IMG/VR virus record: IMGVR_UViG_3300027714_000005
Strand: one strand, 5' to 3'
DNA: 64,000 nucleotides
Source: a virus
Shown: in pieces, positions 50,105 to 57,900 of the stretch
Position numbering within the stretch: the stretch's first letter is position 1
How the letters are laid out: the number at the start of each line of letters is the position of its first letter
Notes under the pieces: generated by a model
Database searches by the model: none
What the model was told of the DNA's origin: nothing
What the model saw: only the letters and a program-made list of their open reading frames with translations
Position numbers and translations under genes: made by a program

Positions 50105-52543
50105 ATGGGAACTACCACACTAAAACTCGAAGGCACCAATGGTGACCTTAAAGAGATAACTACCTCAGAAGAGAACTATCTTGCTTATCAAGCAGGCCTG
50201 CATCTCTCTGCGTTAGATTCAAGTGACGTGGCATCGATTACTGCGGTCAGTACTAATAACACTATAATTGGTGCATTTACTGATACTAGGTATAATGATG
50301 CTTCTGGGACACACGGGTTCGACAATGGCAATGCTCCGGTGCAACAGACGATAACCTCATTATATCAAAGAGAGGGGGTGACTGATTTTGCGGGAGACTC
50401 TGCGGCATATAGATATCCTCTAGAGTTCACCGACAATAGCGGAACACCCGAACTACACGAATTAGATTCCGCAGAAGTTGATACAATAAGTGACCGTCTC
50501 CTATCTCGTATCGCAGTATCAGAATATCCTGGCGTATATAAACTTGCGACATCTGCTCCCACTGGATATACCACATACAAGTCAAATGTATTTTCGGATA
50601 ATTTGCAGACAGGTGTATCTGGAACTACGTACAATATCTATGTAAAGAACACAATGTCGGCCCCGACTGCGGTGAGACCTGTTGCTATCAAGAGATCAAG
50701 TGGACTGACAGGCACCTTCCAAGGTGTCCAAGAGATGACCGATGCCGAGATACGATATAGTTTTGGTTCAAGGGTACAGTCACGCATCTCAAATAGCAGT
50801 GCCGGTATTGGTACATACCAGATGCGGAGTTCCGCACAGGGTGCGCCATCTGACACGGGTACTTGGTCAAACCGAGGTACAGCATCAGACACTCGTTACA
50901 ACACAGTGAATACTGACTATGCGGCCGCATACACAAGAACTCGTTCTAGTAACTATGTTGGTAACTACAGTAGAAACTTCGCAAGAACCTTTGCGGGAAC
51001 ATTTACTGGTAACTTTGTACTATCTTTCATTGGCAACTATACAGGTAACTACTCAAGAAACTTTGGGGGAGACTATACGGGTAATTATGCTCGTACTTTT
51101 GTTGGTGACTATATAGGTAACTATGCTCGAAACTTTGCGGGTAACTATGTTGGTAACTACAGTAGAAACTTCTCTGCGGTGTATAGTAGAACTCGTGTAA
51201 CTGATTACGTTGGTGACTTCACTGGTAACTTTACTGGTAACTACTCACGCAACTTCCAAGCAGATTACCAAAGAACTCGTGTAACAACCTATACGGGTAA
51301 TTTTGCGGGTAACTACTTAGGTAACTATGTAGGTAACTATGCTCGTGCATACTCTGCGGATTACCAAAGAACACGTACTGCTGTGTTTACTGGTAACTTC
51401 TTAGGAGATTATGTTGGTAACTTCTTAGGAGACTATGTTGGTAACTTCGTTGGCAACTATACTGGTAACTTCGTAGGTAACTATACTGGTAACTTCGTAG
51501 GTGACTATGCAAGAACACGTACAGCAGTCAATGGTGCTTCATACGCAAGAACTCGTACCGCCACTGGCAACTATGCGAGAACTCGTACCGCCACTGGCAA
51601 CTATGCAAGAACTCGTACCGCAAGTGCCTCGTATGCGAGAACAAGAGTAGGTACATTTGTGCGAGTTCGGGTGAGCGGGTATTCGGGTGGTGGTAAAAGT
51701 GGTAACGCTTATAGCTACCAAGGTAACTTCGTAGGTAACTATGTTGGTAACTATGTAGGTAACTATTCCAGAAATTTATCCTATGTAGGTAACTATTCCA
51801 GAAATTTATCCTATGTAGGTAACTATTCCAGAAATTTATCCTATGTAGGTAACTATTCCAGAAATTTATACTATGTTGGTAACTACGGAAGAACACGTGC
51901 TACCGCATACGCAAGAACACGTGCTACCGCATACGCAAGAACTCGTGCTACCAACTACCAGAGAACACGTGCTACTAACTACCAGAGAACACGTGTAACG
52001 AATTACACTGCTTACTACTTAGGTAACTATGTTGGTAACTATGCTCGTGCATTTTCTGCGGATTACCAGAGAACGTCTACACGTACTCGTGTAACGAATT
52101 ACGTTGGTAACTTCGTAGGTAACTATGTTGGTAACTATGCTCGTGCATTCTCTGCGGATTATACCACCAACTTTACCCAGACATTTACTGGTAATTTCCT
52201 TGGAGAATATACCGGAAACTATGCTCGTGCGTACTCTGCGGATTATCAGAGAACCAGAAGTTCCGCATACTCTGCGGCCTATAATAGAACAAGAAGTTCG
52301 ACCTATTCTGCTGTCTATCAAAGAACACGGACTTCGAGTTATGCGGCTGATTACCTTAGAACATCTACGACCGATTCGACTAGGGCGTCCACTGGGGTAT
52401 CTACGGTGACTCGTTCGAGCGCATACACCTCAACTAGCACACAAGACTTTACTGGTAATTACACGGGAAACTATGTAGGAACCACAATTGATACTGGGTC
52501 GTCTACCATTGAGACATACACATTGTATCATAGAACGGCATAA
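50105..52543 (+). CDS. Putative virion fibre protein B: globular N-domain plus GNY/RTR low-complexity region (predicted giant beta-hairpin)
   Basis: Paralog of 47992-50094; repeat region 50909-52486 symmetrical around SGGGKSG. Confidence 0.75.
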   Translation: MGTTTLKLEGTNGDLKEITTSEENYLAYQAGLHLSALDSSDVASITAVSTNNTIIGAFTDTRYNDASGTHGFDNGNAPVQQTITSLYQREGVTDFAGDSAAYRYPLEFTDNSGTPELHELDSAEVDTISDRLLSRIAVSEYPGVYKLATSAPTGYTTYKSNVFSDNLQTGVSGTTYNIYVKNTMSAPTAVRPVAIKRSSGLTGTFQGVQEMTDAEIRYSFGSRVQSRISNSSAGIGTYQMRSSAQGAPSDTGTWSNRGTASDTRYNTVNTDYAAAYTRTRSSNYVGNYSRNFARTFAGTFTGNFVLSFIGNYTGNYSRNFGGDYTGNYARTFVGDYIGNYARNFAGNYVGNYSRNFSAVYSRTRVTDYVGDFTGNFTGNYSRNFQADYQRTRVTTYTGNFAGNYLGNYVGNYARAYSADYQRTRTAVFTGNFLGDYVGNFLGDYVGNFVGNYTGNFVGNYTGNFVGDYARTRTAVNGASYARTRTATGNYARTRTATGNYARTRTASASYARTRVGTFVRVRVSGYSGGGKSGNAYSYQGNFVGNYVGNYVGNYSRNLSYVGNYSRNLSYVGNYSRNLSYVGNYSRNLYYVGNYGRTRATAYARTRATAYARTRATNYQRTRATNYQRTRVTNYTAYYLGNYVGNYARAFSADYQRTSTRTRVTNYVGNFVGNYVGNYARAFSADYTTNFTQTFTGNFLGEYTGNYARAYSADYQRTRSSAYSAAYNRTRSSTYSAVYQRTRTSSYAADYLRTSTTDSTRASTGVSTVTRSSAYTSTSTQDFTGNYTGNYVGTTIDTGSSTIETYTLYHRTA
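51751..51870 (+). repeat. 30-bp coding tandem repeat x4 (YVGNYSRNLS)
   Basis: CTATGTAGGTAACTATTCCAGAAATTTATC: three exact copies plus one with a single mismatch. Confidence 0.95.
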
Positions 52544-52582
52544 ATTACTTATATATAAAACTGAATGAAACAGGAGACTATA

Positions 52583-53032
52583 ATGTCTAGAACATGGTTA
52601 GATAATGCGTTTTGGGAAACACCCAGAAAAGAGTTATTAAACGCAATAAGCGAAGAAGTTGACGGTAATAAAACTAAACGTCAGGTTCACAAAATAGAGA
52701 AATTGAATGCCGATGGCACCCCCAATGAATTGTTCATAGAAGCGATTGAATTTCTCGGTGAAGAAAAGATTAATGCCTCTAGTCAAAAACGATTGTCGAA
52801 AAAACAAGACGAAGCGGACATCGAAAAACAAAAGAAAATGGAACACGAACGTGCAAAGAAACTAGAACAACTCTTTGAGTATAAACTAGAAACCTTTGAA
52901 ATTCCAGAGATTAAAGAATCTAAAAATCGTTTGTTGAAATCAAAACTAAGACGGTCTAAATCTGTCCCTGAAGTGAATTTATATGCTATTTTATTGGTAC
53001 AGGAATCATTAGAAGATGTCGGAACTAAGTAA
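52583..53032 (+). CDS. Hypothetical protein (charged, helical; possible fibre assembly factor)
   Basis: AGGAG RBS; follows the fibre genes. Confidence 0.65.
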   Translation: MSRTWLDNAFWETPRKELLNAISEEVDGNKTKRQVHKIEKLNADGTPNELFIEAIEFLGEEKINASSQKRLSKKQDEADIEKQKKMEHERAKKLEQLFEYKLETFEIPEIKESKNRLLKSKLRRSKSVPEVNLYAILLVQESLEDVGTK

Positions 53033-53765
53033 AGGTTTTGTTATTGTTGCATCAAGAAATATTAATTTTTACACTTATGCAATAAATCTAATACAATCAA
53101 TCAAAGACTATTACCCAGAAGCACTCATCACCTTGGTGACCGAGGAAAGGTTCTTTGACGGCCGTGAAACCGAAGACACTGATCAAATTATCATCTGTGA
53201 TAACCACTACCGTGCAAAACTGTGGGGTATGGCAAACACACCCTACGACATTACGATGTATGTCGATGCCGATATGGAGTGTGAACACGAAGATATCATG
53301 ACCATATGGGATGAGATGAAAGACTATGATATGGTCTTTCACGAGTTAACCAAGGAACGTGAACAATTCTATGCTATTCGTGAGTTCAAGTACAACGGTG
53401 GATATGAGAAGTATAAATTGTGTGGAGGAGTGTGTTTATATCGCAGTGGAAATCCATTAGTAAAGGAGTTTATGGACGATTGGTATGAACTGTATTGTAA
53501 ACAATATGATAATAGATGGATGCCCGATGGTTTCGATAAAGCACAGTGGGCTAAAGACCTCCGACATTTCGATCAGACAACCCTCTGGTGGTTAGTGAAT
53601 AAGGTCGAGAAATACAAAGACCTCAAGATTGGAATCTTCGAAGATGATATCCGATGGAATTACTTTACACAATACGGATACGAAGGTTTGAAGTCTAAGA
53701 CTGGTGCTCCACCTATCCTTAGACATTACTCAGGTTGTTTACAAAAGGACACACCTATAGTATGA
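53016..53765 (+). CDS. GT-A glycosyltransferase-like protein
   Basis: GFVIVA, RAKLW.M..TPYD.TMYVDAD (DxD), GGV.LY, DQ..LW, RWN, HYS. Confidence 0.7.
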   Translation: MSELSKGFVIVASRNINFYTYAINLIQSIKDYYPEALITLVTEERFFDGRETEDTDQIIICDNHYRAKLWGMANTPYDITMYVDADMECEHEDIMTIWDEMKDYDMVFHELTKEREQFYAIREFKYNGGYEKYKLCGGVCLYRSGNPLVKEFMDDWYELYCKQYDNRWMPDGFDKAQWAKDLRHFDQTTLWWLVNKVEKYKDLKIGIFEDDIRWNYFTQYGYEGLKSKTGAPPILRHYSGCLQKDTPIV

Positions 53766-54448
53766 TTGATGTCCCTATCAACAACAAAGAAATACTAGCA
53801 ACCCTGAAAAAGTTCGAGTGGTATTACGAAAATCGGGAACATATTAGTAAGTATTTACGGAAAAATGGTCGTAAGGAACACCGTGAACACTATGTATGTG
53901 ATGAATATCGTGACAAGATTATTGCGGAAGATACAAAACACGAAGGGTTCCCCGAAGATTCATATAGTTATAGTTTGAAAGAAGATCAACTGTATCAAAA
54001 GTTGGATGATCTAAGACAACCCGATCACGGAAAGGAGATGGTTAAGATACTTGCGAAGTATGGTGAGTTGAATACAGAACTCTGTACACTATTATCTACA
54101 AGAAATAACGCATTACAAATTATGTATCCACCAGATGGGTTTATCGCGTGGCACAACAATGCCAATGCTTCGGCATATAACCTAATCTTCAGTTGGTCAG
54201 AAACCGGTGATGGTGATTTTAGGTATGTTGATGGTCATACCGGTAAGATGGTCGTTATGAAAGACAAAAAGGGGTGGCAGTGTAAAGCTGGATACTTCGG
54301 TGCGTATGGTGAACCTTGGTACAATCGAGTATATCATGCTGCCCAAACAAACTGTTGGAGAGTTACGGTGTCCTATGTATTTGATAGAACCGATATTGCC
54401 CACGGACTACAAGATGAAATTATAGAAGAAATAATGTCCGATTACTAA
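53762..54448 (+). CDS. 2OG-Fe(II) oxygenase-like / cupin protein
   Basis: YPPDGFIAWHNN, distal YHAA, terminal R.T.S strand pattern. Confidence 0.55.
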   Translation: MIDVPINNKEILATLKKFEWYYENREHISKYLRKNGRKEHREHYVCDEYRDKIIAEDTKHEGFPEDSYSYSLKEDQLYQKLDDLRQPDHGKEMVKILAKYGELNTELCTLLSTRNNALQIMYPPDGFIAWHNNANASAYNLIFSWSETGDGDFRYVDGHTGKMVVMKDKKGWQCKAGYFGAYGEPWYNRVYHAAQTNCWRVTVSYVFDRTDIAHGLQDEIIEEIMSDY

Positions 54449-54468
54449 AAAGTACACGTTCCAAACCT

Positions 54469-54476
54469 TATAAATA
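54469..54476 (+). promoter_or_regulatory. T4-type late promoter
   Basis: TATAAATA upstream of 54517. Confidence 0.7.
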
Positions 54477-54516
54477 AAGACAAGTAAACAAATTGTTTTT
54501 ATAACGGGTATCATAG

Positions 54517-54885
54517 ATGTCATCAGCAAATTACGAAGATATTACCATTAATCAAGGCACCGATGTTTCTGTAGAAATACATCTGGTGCATGATAGTGGT
54601 AGTACATATAACCTCTCCAACCACAGCGTAGCTGCCAGTCTAAAACGCAGATATGCTGATTCCGCAAATGATCCCTTTACAGTTCAATTTAATGCCGTGG
54701 TTGTATCTCCATCAACTGATGGAATCATAAACCTATCTCTAACTAACACACAAACAGATGCGATGAAACCTCGTGGTCGATATGTTTATGATGTGGAAGT
54801 TTCCTATACCGATAGTGATAATAACGCAATCATTCAACGAGTCCTTGAAGGACAAGCCGAAGTTTCCCCATCGGCAACGAAATAA
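54517..54885 (+). CDS. Ig-like fibre adaptor (BppU-N-like)
   Basis: ITINQGTD, GII.LSLT..QT, GRYVYDVE, RVLEG..EVSP. Confidence 0.7.
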   Translation: MSSANYEDITINQGTDVSVEIHLVHDSGSTYNLSNHSVAASLKRRYADSANDPFTVQFNAVVVSPSTDGIINLSLTNTQTDAMKPRGRYVYDVEVSYTDSDNNAIIQRVLEGQAEVSPSATK

Positions 54886-54904
54886 TAAGGAAGGAACGTC
54901 AATA

Positions 54905-57900
54905 ATGGCTGATAAAATCATTGTAAAAAAGGTAGTTGTCGGAACTCCTATTAAACGAGTGACCGCTGGTGCTTTCAGTATAGCAAACCTCGCTGGTGTA
55001 GATGTTACTGCCACGGAATCTGATGGTTCCATACTCGCATATAACAAACTTTCTGGTAAGTGGGAGATCACCAACTTACGAACCGATGCAAACATAAATC
55101 TCAATTTTGATAGTGCACAGAATAAGTACACATTTGGTTTTGACAATACTGCATTTACGGGTTCCTTAATTCCAGACTCGAACGAAGCATATGACTTAGG
55201 TAGTGCAACCAAGAGGTTCCGTGACATATACCTGAGTGGTAACACTATTGGTCTAGGAACACTATCACTGAAAGACAGTGGTGGTGACTTAATCATTGTT
55301 GATTCACAGAATAATAAACTCAACCTAGGCATATCTCTAAGTACAAACAACACAGCAATTATGTCCTTTGACAGTAATGCGGGTACGTTTGTATTCAATG
55401 ATTCAGATATTGCACGAACCAATATCAATGAGACGTTCCACCAAGGTGTAACTGTAGTTAACGGTGCGACTGTTGATAGTGCGACCATTACAAACATTGC
55501 AAACTCAGTCTTAACAGGTAAAGCTGCAACACTAGACAGTGCTGCAATTGGTAACCTTCTGGTAACTGGTAATACAATTCTTCAGGGTAACCTGACGATT
55601 ACCGGAACAGAGACCGTAGTAAACACGGAAACGATTAACCTTGCTGACAACACAATCATCCTCAACTCAAACGCAACTGGTGCACCATCCCAGAATAGTG
55701 GTATTGAAGTTGAACGTGGTGACAGTGCTAACAAGAGTTTCTTATGGGACGAGACTAACGATTACTGGACATTAGGTAGTGAGAGTCTTGTAACTACTGG
55801 TAAAGTTCTATTCGGTAACATGTACAGTGCGGAAGGTGACTTACCTAGTGCATCAACCTATCATGGTATGTTCGCACACGTACATGGAACTGGTAAGGGT
55901 TACTTTTCACATGCGGGTGCATGGCACAAACTATTAGACGAAACATCGTCAACCACCGCAAGTTTAACCGAAGGGTCTAACTTATATTATACTCGTGCAA
56001 GATTCGACTCTGCATTGGGTGATGCAACATCTACCGCAAGTGTTCGTGGATATGTATCTGGAGATAAAGGTCTAGTATACAATTCATCTACGGGTGTGTT
56101 TGATATAGACTCTGCAAATATCAAAGGCATGTTCTCTGCTACTGGTGACTTAACATACAATAGTTCTACTGGTGCATTTTCGTTTGATGTAGAAGACGTA
56201 TACACTAAAGTAAACTTTGATAGTGACCTTGGTGACGCATTGGTCGGTGGTACAGGTATCAGTTATGATAGTAGTAGTGATACAATCTCTATTACAAATA
56301 CTGGTGTTGCTGCTGCGACCTATGGTTCTGCAACACAGATTCCGGTATTCACGGTAAACGCACAGGGTCAGTTAGACAGTGCGGGTACTGTTGCGGTTGC
56401 GGGTGTAACATCATTTACATTCGACTCTTCGGACGGTGATATCTCAATCGGTACTGCCGATGGTGCAACATTCACTACACGAATTAATCTTAGTCCTTTC
56501 ACGACAAGCACCCTGACAGAACAAGGTAACTTGTACTACACTGATGTGAGAGCAAGAAACTCCCAATCCGTTACTGATGCGGGTGGAGACGGTTCTCTTT
56601 CGTACAACACTTCTACTGGTGTATTAACCTATACTGGCCCAAGTGCTTCAGAAACAAGAGCACACTTCAGTGCTGGCGGAGACATGACCTATGATAGTTC
56701 AACTGGTCGTTTCTCGATTGATGTTGAACAGATTTATACCAAAGCAAACTTTGATTCCGACTTCCTTTCACGTCTAGTGACACAGATTGATAGTGCGGGT
56801 ATTACTACTGCGACTATTGGCACACTCAATAACACAACCTTGGTAGGAAGTCAAGCAACCTTTGATTCCGCAACTATTACTACACTCACCAACACAAACA
56901 TGGTGGGAAGTCAAGCAACCTTTGATTCTGCAAACATTACTGCACTTGGTGGTATCACTGGGTTTGATGCGACATCAACTTCTACGTTACGTGGTCTATT
57001 CTCTGCGGGTGGAGACTTAACATATAACGCTTCTACTGGTCAATACTCCTTTGATGTTGAGACTGTATACACCAAAGCAAACTTTGATAGTGACCTAGGT
57101 GATGCGAATACAGCACAGTTACCCGAAGGAACCAACCTCTATTACACTACTGCTCGTTCTGATTCAGACTTTGATATTAGACTTGCTACCAAAACAACTG
57201 CTAATGTCACCGAAGGTTCAAACCTCTATTACACTACTGCTCGGTCGGACTCTGACTTTGATATTAGACTTGCAACTAAGTCCACAACCAACGTATCCGA
57301 AGGAAACAATCTTTATTACACTACCGCACGTGCTGACAGTGATGCAAAGGCATCTCTACTTGTTAACGATGCGGGTGGAGACGGTTCTCTCGCATACGAT
57401 AGTGCGACTGGTGTATTTACTTACACTGGCCCAAGTGCATCAGAAGTAAGAGCGCATCTAACCGCAAACAGAGGTTTGTCGGTAACGTCTGGTGGTCAGT
57501 TTAACATTGACTCCGCAAACGTTAAGGGAATGTTCTCGGTAACCGATGCTGGTGGTGATGGTTCTCTATCCTATTCAAATGGTGTCATTACATATACTGG
57601 CCCAAGTGCAACCGAAGTAAGAGCACATCTTAGTGCGGGAACTGGTGTCACCTATTCGGGTGGTGCAATCTCTATCGGACAGGATGTTGGTACATCTGCT
57701 GATGTAACCTTCGACAAATTAACTGTTGATAGTGCGATTGCAGACCACCTTGACCTTATACCACAGTCACCAAATCCTAATAAGGTACGTGGTCGTATCT
57801 TCTATGATAGTGCAGAAGAAGCACTTTCCTATTACAATTCGACTGCTGATATAACTGTAAACGTGGGTCAAGAATTCTTGATTCGTGTTAAGAACGAGAC

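Noticed and set aside
51751-51870. 30-bp direct repeats as a CRISPR array
   Set aside because: Repeats are head-to-tail with no spacers, in frame inside a CDS, and no cas genes are present
47992-52543. Ice-nucleation or antifreeze protein interpretation of the GNY/TxT repeats
   Set aside because: No regular 16-residue AGYGST-type period; unit order is better explained by antiparallel arm complementarity
47992-52543. Diversity-generating retroelement target (AAC-rich repeats)
   Set aside because: No reverse transcriptase and no TR/VR pair differing only at adenines in this window
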